Shown piece after piece: positions 45,569 to 55,386 of a DNA stretch of 64,000 nucleotides. Made by a program: the position numbers and the translations under genes. Numbering within the stretch: the first letter of the stretch is position 1; the number at the start of each line of letters is the position of its first letter. This DNA comes from Actinomycetota bacterium (lineage in GTDB: Bacteria > Actinomycetota > Thermoleophilia > Gaiellales > Gaiellaceae), in contig VAWW01000026.1 of the NCBI GenBank assembly GCA_005884575.1, positions 8,575 to 72,574 of the forward strand, written 5' to 3'. The notes under the pieces were generated by a model. That model made no database searches. It saw only the letters and a list, made by a program, of their open reading frames with translations, and was not told the origin of the DNA.

Positions 45569-46543
45569 TCAGGCACGGCGACGGAGGAGTTGGTCGGCTG
45601 CTACGGCTATCAGGATCAGGCCGCCGTAGACGATTTGCTGGTAGGTCGTGTTGATGTTCAGCAGGTTGAAGCCGTTGCCGATGATCGCCAGAAGCATGAT
45701 GCCGAGGAAGCCGCGCCACACGGCTCCGTCGCCGCCGAGGATGCTCGTGCCTCCGACGACGGCGGCCGAGATCGCTGTCAGCTCCATGCCCGCGCCGAGG
45801 TTCGCCTGCGCCGACTGGGTGCGCGACGCGAGCAGCATCCCGGCGAGCCCGGCCGCGAGGCCCGAGAGCGCGAAGCACGCGCCGCGGATCACGTCGACGC
45901 GGATCCCGGAGAGCCGTGAAGCCTCGGCGTTGCCGCCGACGGCGTAGACGTAGCGGCCGAACGTCGTCCGCGCGAGCAGCAGCGCGGCGAAGACGGTGAA
46001 CGCGATGAACGTCCAGCCCGTGTACTTGATCCCGAGGCCCATGTCCTGCCCGATCGCGCCGAACGACGAGTCGGTGACGGTGACGATGTTCCCGCCGGTG
46101 ATCAGAATCGCGACCCCCGCGTAGACGATCGCCATGGCGAGGGTGCCGATGAACGAGTTGATCCGAGTCAGGTGGATCACGATGCCGTTCGCGATCCCGA
46201 GGCCGAGACCCGTTGCGACCCCGGCGACGAGGCCCATCGTCGGCGAGACCGACAGGGCGACCTTGCACGCGACGACGGCCGTGACGCTGACCATCGCGCC
46301 GGTCGAGAGGTCGAAGACGCCCGCGATGATACAGATCGTCTCGCCGATCGCGAGCAGGCCGAGCGCCGCCCACTGGTCGAGGATATTCGCGAAGTTGTTC
46401 TGCGTGAAGAAGGTGTTCGTCGAGAAGGTCAGCCCGATGAACAGCGCGAGGAACGCGACGACGATCCCGTAGTCGCGCAGGTTGACGCTTCGCACGACGC
46501 GCATCCACGGCGGCTGCTGGGCGGCGACGGGCTCGGCGCTCAC
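45569..46543 (-). CDS. sugar-type (RbsC/CUT2-like) ABC transporter permease
   Basis: The GTG at 46543 overlaps the ATPase stop (GTGA). The protein is 324 aa. Motifs FDLSTGAMV and GGTSILGGDGAVWRGFLG. Confidence 0.85.
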   Translation of the reverse strand: MSAEPVAAQQPPWMRVVRSVNLRDYGIVVAFLALFIGLTFSTNTFFTQNNFANILDQWAALGLLAIGETICIIAGVFDLSTGAMVSVTAVVACKVALSVSPTMGLVAGVATGLGLGIANGIVIHLTRINSFIGTLAMAIVYAGVAILITGGNIVTVTDSSFGAIGQDMGLGIKYTGWTFIAFTVFAALLLARTTFGRYVYAVGGNAEASRLSGIRVDVIRGACFALSGLAAGLAGMLLASRTQSAQANLGAGMELTAISAAVVGGTSILGGDGAVWRGFLGIMLLAIIGNGFNLLNINTTYQQIVYGGLILIAVAADQLLRRRA

Positions 46544-48039
46544 GCGACGGCCTCCGTCGCGAACGCCGCGGCCATAACGCGGTCCATCGTCGCCTGCTCG
46601 CTGTCGTACTCGGCGACGATCCGCCCCCGGCGCATGACGAGGACACGGTGCGCGAGCCCGATTACCTCCTCGAGCTCGGACGAGATCAGCAGTACGGCCA
46701 TTCCCTGGTCGGCGAGCTCGACGATCAGCTCGTGGATCTGCCGCTTCGCGCCCACATCGACGCCCCGCGTCGGCTCGTCCGCAAGGAGGACGCGCGGCGG
46801 GCGGACGAGCCACTTTGCGAACAGCACTTTCTGCTGGTTCCCGCCCGAGAGCGTCACGACCGGCGCGTCGACCGACGGCGTGCGAATCGCGAGCTCCGAC
46901 GCGAGCCTCCGCGTCGTCGCCCGTTCGCGCAGGCCGTTCACGAGGCCCGCCTCGGAGAAGTCGCCGAGCGTCGCGAGCGTCACGTTCTCCCGGACGGAAC
47001 GGATCATCACGAGTCCCTGCTCCTTGCGGTTCTCCGGCAGCATCGCGATCCCGTGCCGCGCCGCCTGGCGCGGGCTCCGCAGCCGGACGGGCCGGCCTTC
47101 GAGCTCGATCTCGCCCGCGTCGACGCGGTCCGCGCCGAAGACGGCGCGCGCGACCTCGGTGCGGCCGCTGCCGACGAGGCCCGCCAGCCCCAGGATCTCG
47201 CCCGCGCGGATCTCGAAGGAAATGTCGTCGAGCTCGCGCCCGCGCGTCAGCCCACGCACCTCGAGCACGACGGGCGCCTCTTCGGGCCGGAGCTTCTTCG
47301 ACGGATACTCGAGCGTGATCTCGCGGCCGACCATCGCGTTGACGAGGCTCTGCGGCGTCTCGTTCGCGGCCGGAGACGTCCGGACGATGCGACCGTTCCG
47401 CATGACGGTCACGGTCTCGCAGACGGACAGCACCTCGTCGAGGTAGTGCGAGATCAGCAGGACGGCGGTGCCGCCGGCCGCGAGCTGGCGGATGATCTCC
47501 AGCAGCCTGTCGCTCTCGTCGCGCGTCAGTGCGGCGGTCGGCTCGTCCATGACGATCATCCGGGCGTCGCGGGCGATCGCGCGCATGATCTCGACCTTCT
47601 GCTGCTCGGCCGTCCGCAGCGCGCCGACGCGCGCGGTCGGCCGCAGGCGGAAGCCGGTGCGCTCGTTGAGCGCGTTGAAGCGGCGCCGGACGTCGCCGCG
47701 CCTCACGACGCCCGCCGTGTTCGACTCGATGCCCAGCATGACGTTCTCCTCGACCGTCGCCTTCGGGACGAGCGCGATCTCCTGCGCGATCGTCGCGATC
47801 CCGGTCGCGAGCGCGTCGCGTGGCGAGTGGAAGCGCAGCGGCTCCTCGTCGACGATCAGCTCGCCCTCGTCGGGCTCGTAGACGCCCGAGATGATCTTCG
47901 ACAGCGTCGACTTGCCCGCACCGTTCTCGCCGACGATCCCGTGGATACCGGCTCGTGCGAACGAGACCGAGGCGTCGACGACGGCGTGCACGCCGCCGAA
48001 GCTCTTCGAGACGTCCCGAAGCTCGACGAGCGGCGGCAT
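46540..48039 (-). CDS. sugar-type (RbsA/CUT2-like) ABC transporter ATP-binding protein, duplicated ATPase
   Basis: The ATG at 48039 shares one base with the hyuB stop (TGATG). The protein is 499 aa. Motifs GENGAGKST, MDEPTAAL, LSGGNQQK and ADEPTRGVD. Confidence 0.9.
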   Translation of the reverse strand: MPPLVELRDVSKSFGGVHAVVDASVSFARAGIHGIVGENGAGKSTLSKIISGVYEPDEGELIVDEEPLRFHSPRDALATGIATIAQEIALVPKATVEENVMLGIESNTAGVVRRGDVRRRFNALNERTGFRLRPTARVGALRTAEQQKVEIMRAIARDARMIVMDEPTAALTRDESDRLLEIIRQLAAGGTAVLLISHYLDEVLSVCETVTVMRNGRIVRTSPAANETPQSLVNAMVGREITLEYPSKKLRPEEAPVVLEVRGLTRGRELDDISFEIRAGEILGLAGLVGSGRTEVARAVFGADRVDAGEIELEGRPVRLRSPRQAARHGIAMLPENRKEQGLVMIRSVRENVTLATLGDFSEAGLVNGLRERATTRRLASELAIRTPSVDAPVVTLSGGNQQKVLFAKWLVRPPRVLLADEPTRGVDVGAKRQIHELIVELADQGMAVLLISSELEEVIGLAHRVLVMRRGRIVAEYDSEQATMDRVMAAAFATEAVA

Positions 48040-49712
48040 CACTCGACGCCGTAGACGTCGCGGGCCGCCTCCGGAGTCACGTGCCGGTTGCGGACGTCCC
48101 GCCGCACGTCCTCGGGATCCCGCTCGCGCGGCTCGCCGAAACCGCCGCCGCCGCCGGTCATCGTCCGGATCACGTCGCCGCGGACGAGCGCGACGCGGCT
48201 GGCCTTCAGCATCCGCCGCTCGTGCCCGGTGTTCGGATTCACCACGACGACCGGCGGAGTCGCGTCGCCGCCGCCCGCGAGCCCCCACGCGGGCGTCACG
48301 GAGCGCTCGAACCACAGGAAGAGCTGCGCCTCCGGGCAGTCAATCGTGTACTCGCGGACGATCCCGTTGCCGCCGCGCCACCTGCCGGCGCCGCCGGAGT
48401 CGGTGCGGAACGCGTACTCCGTCATCCGCATCGGGAACTTCGTCTCGAGCACCTCGATCGGCAGGTCCTTGAGCGAGCCGTTGACGTTGTTGATCAGCCC
48501 GTCCTCCCCGTCGCTGCCGCGCCACGCGCCCCAGCCGCCGACGGTCGGCTCGAGGTCGAGCCACGGACGGCCGTTACGGTGGTCGATTCCGGTGATCCCG
48601 ATCACCATCGAGTCGCCGTAGCTCGCGCCGGCCGCCTGGTCGGGGAGCACGTCCGCGAGGGCCTTCACGACGAGGTCGATCAGCAGCCCGAGCGGCGTGA
48701 AGTACCACTGGCACGGATACGGCTCCTCGGCGCCGAGCATCGAGCCGCGCCTGACCTCGACCGTCAGCGGCCGGAACGCGCCGCCGTTCGGCGGGTTGCC
48801 CGGGTTGATCAGGAGCTTGTACGCGACGCGGCACGCGGAGATCGCCTGCGCCTCGCCGCAGTTGACGGGTCCATGCTTCGCGTCGTCCGTCTCCGTCAGG
48901 TCGATCGTCATCTCGTCGCCGCGGATCTCGACCGTCAGCCGGACCCAGCACGGATCGGTGCCGTTGCCGTCGTTGTCGAGCGAGCCCTCGGCGCGGTAGA
49001 CGCCGTCCGGGATGGCGGCAACGGCCGCGCGCTCGAAGCGCTCGGTCTGAGCGAAGATCTCGTCGCGCGCGGCGTCGATCGTCTCCTTGCCGTACTTGGC
49101 GATGATCGCCTCGAGCCGCCGCTGGCCGGTGCGGACGCACGCGATCTGCGCGCCGAGGTCACCGACGGCCGGGTACGAGAAGCGGCTGTTGCGACCGAGC
49201 AGGTCGGCGACGTCGCGCCGCTGGACGCCTCCGTCGACGACCTTCATCGGCCCGAGCCGGATCCCCTCCTGGTAGATCTCGGTCGAGTCCATCGGCCCGC
49301 CGGGATCCTTCGCGCCGACGTCGAGCCAGTGCGCGCGGCAGGCGGCGAAGCCGACCAGCTCGTCGTCGACGAAGATCGGCCCGAACACGGTCATGTCGTT
49401 GAGATGCGTCCCCGTCAGGTAGGAGTCGTTCATGATCCAGACGTCGCCGGGCTGCCAGCCCTCGCGGCCGTACATCTCCTCCGTCAAGCGCGTGCAGATC
49501 TCGAGGTTGCCGAGGAAGATCGGCAGGCCGGCGGACTGGCCGAGGACGCGATGGTCGGCGTCGAGCAGCGCCACCGAGCAGTCCTTCATCTCGTAGATGA
49601 TCGGCGTGTAGGCGGAGCGGATCAGCGTCGCGTTCATCTCGTCCGCAGCGGCCGAGAACGCGCTGCGGACGATCTCCGTCGTGATCGGGTCGAGCGTGCG
49701 GACGGCCGTCAC
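48039..49712 (-). CDS. hyuB: hydantoinase B/oxoprolinase-family protein
   Basis: The GTG at 49712 overlaps the hyuA stop (GTGA). The N-terminus reads LDPITTEIVRSAFSAAADEMNATLIRSAYTPIIYEMKD. Confidence 0.9.
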   Translation of the reverse strand: MTAVRTLDPITTEIVRSAFSAAADEMNATLIRSAYTPIIYEMKDCSVALLDADHRVLGQSAGLPIFLGNLEICTRLTEEMYGREGWQPGDVWIMNDSYLTGTHLNDMTVFGPIFVDDELVGFAACRAHWLDVGAKDPGGPMDSTEIYQEGIRLGPMKVVDGGVQRRDVADLLGRNSRFSYPAVGDLGAQIACVRTGQRRLEAIIAKYGKETIDAARDEIFAQTERFERAAVAAIPDGVYRAEGSLDNDGNGTDPCWVRLTVEIRGDEMTIDLTETDDAKHGPVNCGEAQAISACRVAYKLLINPGNPPNGGAFRPLTVEVRRGSMLGAEEPYPCQWYFTPLGLLIDLVVKALADVLPDQAAGASYGDSMVIGITGIDHRNGRPWLDLEPTVGGWGAWRGSDGEDGLINNVNGSLKDLPIEVLETKFPMRMTEYAFRTDSGGAGRWRGGNGIVREYTIDCPEAQLFLWFERSVTPAWGLAGGGDATPPVVVVNPNTGHERRMLKASRVALVRGDVIRTMTGGGGGFGEPRERDPEDVRRDVRNRHVTPEAARDVYGVE

Positions 49713-51745
49713 GAGAGCTCCATCGTCAGCGTCCCGAACTCGTCGACGCGCAGCGTCCATCCGGGCGGGACGACCGTTGTCGCGGTCGCCTCGACGATCA
49801 TCGCGGGACCCTCGACGACCGAGCCCGGCTGCAGGTCGTCGCGGCGCGCGACGCGAGCGCTGCGCTCACGCCGGCCGAAGACGATCGCCTGCTCCTCGGA
49901 GGGATAGCCCGCGCCGTCGCGCGACCCGAGTCGCTGCGGCTCCGCGCGGCCGAGGTCGCCGAGCCCCGTCGAGCGGACGGCGACGAGCTCGATCGGCGCC
50001 CCGGGGTTCGCGTGGCCGAAGCGCGTCTCGTGCGCCGCGTCGAAGCGCGACGACAGCGTCTCGGGGAAGCCGTCGGCCGCGGGCTCGTCCGCGCCTTCCA
50101 GCGGGATCGTCAGCGTGTACTCCTGGCCGACGTAGCGGATGTCGAGCGCGTGCTCGACGCGGGCCGCCGACTCGGAGATTCCTTCCTCGGCGAGCGCCTC
50201 GACCGCCTCGCGCTCCTGTCCGGCGAGGACGGCCGCCAGATCCTCGTGGTGGAGATCCGCGAGCGGCGTGAAGTAGGAGCGCGCGAAGTCCTTGCGGATC
50301 GCGGTCTCGAGCATCCCCCACGCCGAGAACGCGCCCGGGAAGCGCGGGACGATCACCTCGGGCACGTCGAGCTCCTGCGCGAGGAACGCCGCGTGCATCG
50401 GCCCGGCGCCGCCGAACGCGACGAGCGCGAACTCGCGTGGCTCGATGCCCTTCTCGACGGTCAGCGTCCGGATCGCCTGCGCCATCTTCGCGTTGATGAC
50501 GTCGCAGATGCCCTCGGCGAGCTCGACCGGATCCAGGTTCAGCTCGTCGGCGAGCGTGGCGACCGCGCGGCGCGCGGCCTCGACGTCGAGCGTCATCTGC
50601 CCGCCCGCGAACCATGCCGGGTCGACACGGCCGAGGACGAGGTTCGCGTCGGTGACCGTCGGCTGCGTGCCGCCGCGCCTGTAGCACGCCGGGCCCGGAT
50701 CGGCACCGGCGCTCTCGGGCCCCACGCGCAGCCCGCCCGCCTCGGCGTGCGCGATCGAACCGCCGCCCGCGCCGACGGTATGGATGTTCACGACCGACAT
50801 CAGCAGCGGGAAGCCCTCGAGCGACGCCTCGGTCGAGACGTCGGGCCTGCCGTCGACGACGAGCGAGACGTCGAAGCTCGTGCCGCCCATGTCGATGCAG
50901 ATTAGGTTCGGCCGATCGAGCATCCGCGCGAGCGCGACGCCACCCATCGTCCCGCCGACCGGGCCGGAGAGGAGCGTCTGCAGCGAGAGCTGGCGCGCGG
51001 ACTGCGCCGTCACGATCCCGCCGCTCGACTGCATCACGTGCAGCGGTACCCGCAGGCCCTTCTGCTGCAGCGCCGCCTCGAGGCGGTCGAGGTAGCGGCG
51101 CACGACCGGCGACGTGTACGCGTCGAGCACGGTCGACGACGTGCGCTCGTACTCGCGCCACTCGCGGGCGATTCGGTGCGAGAGCGAGACGGGGATCGCG
51201 TCGCCGAGCTCCTCGAGCAGCACGCGCTCGGCCTCGAGCTCGTGCGCCGGCTCGAGGAACGAGAAGAGGAACGCGACCGCGACGGCGCCGAAACCCTCCT
51301 CGCGGGCGCGGTGGGCCGCGGCCCGAATCGCGTCGACGTCGAGCGGCTCGAGCTCCTCGCCGGCGTAGTTCAGCCGGCCCCCGATCTCGACGATGTCCGC
51401 GCGCGGGACGAGCGGGGTCGGCTTGCGGAAGTGGATGTCGTAGAGGCGCGTCCGGTTCCCGCGTGCGATGTGGTAGACGTCGCCGGCCCCTGCGGTCGCG
51501 AGCAGCAGCACGCGCTCGCCGCGCCGCTGCAGGAACGCGTTCAGCCCCTGCGTCGTCCCGTGCACGGTGAAGCCGCAGAGCTCGGGATGCGAGTCGATCG
51601 TCGCCAGCGCGTCCAGCACGCCCTCGGTCAGGTCGTGCGGCGTCGTCGACGACTTGCCCGCGACGTACGTGCCGGCCTCCTCGTCGTAGGCGACGACGTC
51701 GGTGAACGTGCCGCCGATGTCCATCGAAACTCTGAAGCGGCTCAC
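49709..51745 (-). CDS. hyuA: hydantoinase A/oxoprolinase-family protein
   Basis: GTG at 51745 (VSRFRVSMDIGGTFTDVVAY), or ATG at 51724. The upstream 90 codons of the track ORF belong to a different small gene. Confidence 0.9.
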   Translation of the reverse strand: MSRFRVSMDIGGTFTDVVAYDEEAGTYVAGKSSTTPHDLTEGVLDALATIDSHPELCGFTVHGTTQGLNAFLQRRGERVLLLATAGAGDVYHIARGNRTRLYDIHFRKPTPLVPRADIVEIGGRLNYAGEELEPLDVDAIRAAAHRAREEGFGAVAVAFLFSFLEPAHELEAERVLLEELGDAIPVSLSHRIAREWREYERTSSTVLDAYTSPVVRRYLDRLEAALQQKGLRVPLHVMQSSGGIVTAQSARQLSLQTLLSGPVGGTMGGVALARMLDRPNLICIDMGGTSFDVSLVVDGRPDVSTEASLEGFPLLMSVVNIHTVGAGGGSIAHAEAGGLRVGPESAGADPGPACYRRGGTQPTVTDANLVLGRVDPAWFAGGQMTLDVEAARRAVATLADELNLDPVELAEGICDVINAKMAQAIRTLTVEKGIEPREFALVAFGGAGPMHAAFLAQELDVPEVIVPRFPGAFSAWGMLETAIRKDFARSYFTPLADLHHEDLAAVLAGQEREAVEALAEEGISESAARVEHALDIRYVGQEYTLTIPLEGADEPAADGFPETLSSRFDAAHETRFGHANPGAPIELVAVRSTGLGDLGRAEPQRLGSRDGAGYPSEEQAIVFGRRERSARVARRDDLQPGSVVEGPAMIVEATATTVVPPGWTLRVDEFGTLTMELS

Positions 51746-52015
51746 GGTCGCGCCTCGACTGCGATCTCGTAGAGCTCGCCCTTGACGCCGCTGTCGAACC
51801 CTTCGACGAGCTCGGCGAGCTCGTCCGCACCGGCGGTCGCGCCAGAGCGCGGTCACGAGGACGGCCCCGGTGCCGCCCGCCGGCAGCTGCAGCTCGGCGC
51901 CGAGGCAACCTTCCTGCTCGCAGGCGCGCTCGAGCACGCGGTGCCGCCGGTAGAAGCCGACGAGCCCCTGCGGGTCGCCGCCGCGAGGCTCCAGATAGAG
52001 GACGCTGCGGATCAT
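51742..52015 (-). CDS. small (~90 aa) ABM/Dabb-like hypothetical protein, frame disrupted
   Basis: MIRSVLYLEPRGGDPQGLVGFYRRHRVLERACEQEGCLGAELQLPAGGTGAVLVTALW is in the hyuA frame. The G/C3-rich ADELAELVEGFDSGVKGELYEIAVEARP-stop is in another frame, and its TGA forms a GTGA overlap with the hyuA start. The switch lies near 51830-51840. The span is 274 nt = 3n+1. Confidence 0.55.
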
Positions 52016-52027
52016 CGAGACCTGTCC

Positions 52028-52078
52028 GGGGTCAGGTCTTGCATTGCAACACGGTCCGTCATTACAAGACCTGACCCC
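52028..52078. repeat. family-2 51-nt palindromic element, copy 2
   Basis: GGGGTCAGGTCTTG-cattgcaacacggtccgtcatta-CAAGACCTGACCCC, in the 72-nt gap between the binding-protein gene and the small ABM-like gene. Confidence 0.85.
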
Positions 52079-52087
52079 AGCTGTTGG

Positions 52088-53083
52088 TCAGTCGCAGTAC
52101 TGGGCCTTGAAGTTGCCGAGGTTCGCCTTCGTGCCGATCGGGTTCTGCAGCTTGCGGCTGTCGTAGCTCGTCGGCACCTTCTTGCCGTTCGCCTTGTTGA
52201 TCGCGAACTGCGCCGCCTTCGCGCCCGACGACTTCTCCGCGATGATGTACGTCGCGAACCACGTGCCGTCGCGGACGCCGGCGATCGCCTGGCACGAGCC
52301 GCCGTTGCCGATCAGCTTGATCTTTCCTTCCTTGCCGGCCGTCTTGACCGCCTGCTGCGCGCCCTCGATCGCCTGCGCCGAGCCGATCATCACGTCGATG
52401 TCGGGATGCGCCTGCAGCACGTCCTGCGCCGCCTTCAGGCCGGAGGCCTGCGTGTAGCCGCCCTCGACGTCCGCCGCGAGCTTGACGTTCGGCGCCGTCG
52501 CGAGCGTCTTCTTGACGGCGTCCGTTCGCGCATTGTCGAGCGGCAGGCTCTTGAAGCCCTCGAGGTACGCGACGTTGCACGGATTCTTCCCCGCGCACGC
52601 CTGGATCCCGAGCTTGCCGAGCGACTGGCCGTTCCACACCGGCGCCTCGCCGACGAAGACGAGGCCCCGCACGGGCGGCTTGATCGTTGCGTAGTTGCTG
52701 CCCACCGGCGTGAACTCGGCCACGACCGCGATGTGCGCCGCGAGCGCCTGCTTGATCGCCGGGATCACGGCGTTCCCGTCGTTCGCCTGGATCACGAACG
52801 CCTGGTAGCGGCCGGTCGTGATCGCGTCCTGGATCTGCGAGACCTGCGTCTGCGCATTGAAGTTCGGGTCGAAGAACTTCGCCGAGACGTGGTTCTTCTT
52901 CGCCGTCTGCTTCACGCCGGCCCACGTGGCCTGCGCGAACGAGTTCGCCGCTGCGAACCCGAAGAAGGCGATCGCCTTCACCTTCGCCTGCTGCGCGGCA
53001 GGCTGCGCGCCCGCGCCGACCGTCGCCGTGATCGCGACGGCGGCGACGGTTGCGACCGCCGCGACAAACCGCATCGACTTCAC
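52088..53083 (-). CDS. sugar-type (RbsB-like, PBP1) ABC transporter substrate-binding protein
   Basis: ORF track, 331 aa with a signal peptide MKSMRFVAAVATVAAVAITATVGAGA. Confidence 0.85.
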   Translation of the reverse strand: MKSMRFVAAVATVAAVAITATVGAGAQPAAQQAKVKAIAFFGFAAANSFAQATWAGVKQTAKKNHVSAKFFDPNFNAQTQVSQIQDAITTGRYQAFVIQANDGNAVIPAIKQALAAHIAVVAEFTPVGSNYATIKPPVRGLVFVGEAPVWNGQSLGKLGIQACAGKNPCNVAYLEGFKSLPLDNARTDAVKKTLATAPNVKLAADVEGGYTQASGLKAAQDVLQAHPDIDVMIGSAQAIEGAQQAVKTAGKEGKIKLIGNGGSCQAIAGVRDGTWFATYIIAEKSSGAKAAQFAINKANGKKVPTSYDSRKLQNPIGTKANLGNFKAQYCD

Positions 53084-53104
53084 TTCTTCCTCCCTCGGGT
53101 TGGA

Positions 53105-54202
53105 CTACGACGGAAGCTCGACCAGCTCGAGCGGGAGCGTGGACAGGATCTGCGGGCCGTCGGGACCGACGAGAACGTCGTCCTCGAGTCTGATCCCTCC
53201 GGTGCCGTGCTGGTAGAGGCCGGGCTCAATGGTGAAGACCATCCCTACCTCGAGCGGCGTCTCGGTGCGCGGGACGAGGAACGGCGGCTCGTGGAGGGCG
53301 AGACCGATCGCGTGGCCCGCGCCGTGCAGGCACTGGCCGAGCTCCGGAGCGGCCTCGACGATCCGGCGCTGCGCGGCGTCCAGGTCGCGCGCAGGGACAC
53401 CGGCGCGGCACGCTTCGATCGCCGCCGCCTGCGCTTCGCGAACGACGGCCCAAGTGGCGCGGGCCCAGTCGCCGGCGGGGCCGACGGTCGCGCAGCGCGT
53501 CAGGTCGCCCCAGTACCCGTCGAGACGGGCGGAGAGGTCGGCACACACGACGTCGCCCGCGCGCAGCTTGCGGATCCCCGGCTGCGCGTGCGGGTTGGCG
53601 GCGTTCTCGCCGAAGAGGATGAGCGGGTGCGAGTCGGTCGCGCCGTGCTCGCGCAGCCGGCCCTCGACCCGTGCGTTGACGGCCTGCTCGGTGTCGCCCA
53701 GCCGGAGCTCCGCGAACATCTGCTCGAGGCCCACCTCGACGAGCTCGCACGCGCGCCGGATCTGCTCGACCTCGGCCGCGTCCTTGCGCGCCCGCAGCGA
53801 GGCGAGGATCGAGCCCGCCGGCACCGGCGCGACGCCGCGATTCTCGAGCGCCAGCGTGCGCGCGAGGACGATGTGGTCCTCCTCGACTCCGACCGAGCGC
53901 GCGCCGCCGAGGGCTGCCACGAGCTCCGGGATCCCGTCCGACGCGGCCTCGTACGAGATGCGCTCGAGGCTCGCGGACGCGCCGGCGATCTGCCCCTCGT
54001 CGAGCTTCGGCACGACCACCGCGGCTCCGCTCTCCCTGAGGACGACGCCGAAGAAGCGCTCCAGTTGCAGCGGACGGAAGCCGGTCAGGTATGCGATCGA
54101 CTCGTCGCTCGTCGCGACGTACGCGTCGAGGCCGGCTTCGGCTGCAGCCGCGCGCACGTCGTCCAGCCTGGCGTCTACCGCTCGATCTGCGAGAGCCGAC
54201 AT
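53105..54202 (-). CDS. M24-family metallopeptidase (Xaa-Pro dipeptidase/creatinase-like)
   Basis: ORF track, 365 aa. Motifs DVVCADLSARLDGYWGDLTR, HGAGHAIGLALHE and FTIEPGLY..GTGGIRLED. Confidence 0.85.
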   Translation of the reverse strand: MSALADRAVDARLDDVRAAAAEAGLDAYVATSDESIAYLTGFRPLQLERFFGVVLRESGAAVVVPKLDEGQIAGASASLERISYEAASDGIPELVAALGGARSVGVEEDHIVLARTLALENRGVAPVPAGSILASLRARKDAAEVEQIRRACELVEVGLEQMFAELRLGDTEQAVNARVEGRLREHGATDSHPLILFGENAANPHAQPGIRKLRAGDVVCADLSARLDGYWGDLTRCATVGPAGDWARATWAVVREAQAAAIEACRAGVPARDLDAAQRRIVEAAPELGQCLHGAGHAIGLALHEPPFLVPRTETPLEVGMVFTIEPGLYQHGTGGIRLEDDVLVGPDGPQILSTLPLELVELPS

Positions 54203-54210
54203 TCGAGGGT

Positions 54211-54264
54211 GGCAAACTAGTTGAGCTCAGGGCAAACTGTCAACTGAGAGTAAACGAAGTTTGC
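54211..54264. promoter_or_regulatory. repeat-rich divergent control region (candidate XRE operators)
   Basis: GGCAAACT occurs at 54211 and 54231, with its inverse AGTTTGC at 54258. AGTTGA (54219) pairs with TCAACT (54240). The AACTAGTT palindrome is also present. The stretch is AT-rich relative to its surroundings. Confidence 0.4.
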
Positions 54265-54274
54265 TCGTACAAAA

Positions 54275-54844
54275 GTGGACACCGTCACCAGCCTCAGTCA
54301 CATCGGGCAGCGGCTGCAGGCGCTGCGGCGCGAGCAGAGCCTGACGCTCGAGCAGCTCGCCGGCGACAGCGGCTTCTCTACGGGCTACCTCTCGCAGATC
54401 GAGAACGGCTCGGCCGTCCCGTCGCTGACCGCGCTGCAGCTGATCGCCGCAGAGCTCGGCGTCGACGTCGCGGACTTCTTCCCCGAGGAGCGGCGGCGCG
54501 GCACCCGCCTGATCCGCGCGTCGGAGCGGCACGAGTTCCGCATCGATCCCGGCTCGGGCGAGGAGTACGCCGTCCTCGCCGGACAGGTGCACGACCGCGC
54601 GTTCTCCGCGCTCTACGCGAAGCACCCGCCGACCGGCAGCGGCAACGAGCGCCCGTTCAGGCATCTCGGCGAGGAGTTCGGACTCGTCCTCGAGGGCACG
54701 CTGCAAGTCGTGATCGACGGCGAGACGTACGACCTCGGGCCCGGCGACTGGATCCACTACTCGTCGCATCCGTCCCACGCGACTCACGTCACCTCCGATG
54801 AGCCGGTCGAGGCGCTCTGGCTCCTGACGCCGGCGGTCATTTGA
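54275..54844 (+). CDS. XRE-family HTH regulator with C-terminal cupin domain
   Basis: ORF track, 189 aa, GTG start. The HTH reads LTLEQLAGDSGFSTGYLSQIENG. The cupin reads HLGEEFGLVLEGTLQVVIDGETYDLGPGDWIH. Confidence 0.85.
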   Translation: MDTVTSLSHIGQRLQALRREQSLTLEQLAGDSGFSTGYLSQIENGSAVPSLTALQLIAAELGVDVADFFPEERRRGTRLIRASERHEFRIDPGSGEEYAVLAGQVHDRAFSALYAKHPPTGSGNERPFRHLGEEFGLVLEGTLQVVIDGETYDLGPGDWIHYSSHPSHATHVTSDEPVEALWLLTPAVI

Positions 54845-55386
54845 GCGCATCGCTCGAGCTCGGCACGCGGCTCGGGACGCGGCTGAAGGAGCGTCGCCAG
54901 GAGCTCGGCAAACGGCTTGCCGAAGTCGCCGCTGCGGCCGACGTCTCGGGCGGCTACCTGTCATCGATCGAGAACGGCGCGAGCGTGCCATCGCTCCCGG
55001 TGCTGGCGCGTCTGTCGCACGCGCTCGAGCTGTCGCTCGCAGAGATGCTGCGGACATCGGCGTCGACGCGACTCGCGCGGGGCCACCTCGGCGGCGGCGT
55101 CGGCGGCAAGCGGCTCGCCGCAGAGGGATCGCGGATGCAGATCGTGCGCCTTGGAAGCAGGCCGGGCAGCACGGGACGCGCGCCGATCGCGCTCGAGCAG
55201 ACGGACGTCTTCGTCTTCCTGTACCGCGGCCGGCTCGCCGTCGAGGTCGACGACGCGCGGTTCGAGCTCGAGGCCGGCGACGCGCTGCAGTGCGACATGC
55301 CGCGGCGGGTGACGTGGGAGGCGCTGGGCCGGGAGCGGGCGGTCAGCCTCTGGACGGCGGCGGCGCGGCCGGGCCGCGCGGGCTGA
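54841..55386 (+). CDS. second XRE-family HTH regulator with cupin-like C-terminal domain (paralogue)
   Basis: ORF track, 181 aa. The TTG start overlaps the previous TGA (TTGA). The HTH reads LAEVAAAADVSGGYLSSIENG. Confidence 0.8.
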   Translation: MSASLELGTRLGTRLKERRQELGKRLAEVAAAADVSGGYLSSIENGASVPSLPVLARLSHALELSLAEMLRTSASTRLARGHLGGGVGGKRLAAEGSRMQIVRLGSRPGSTGRAPIALEQTDVFVFLYRGRLAVEVDDARFELEAGDALQCDMPRRVTWEALGRERAVSLWTAAARPGRAG

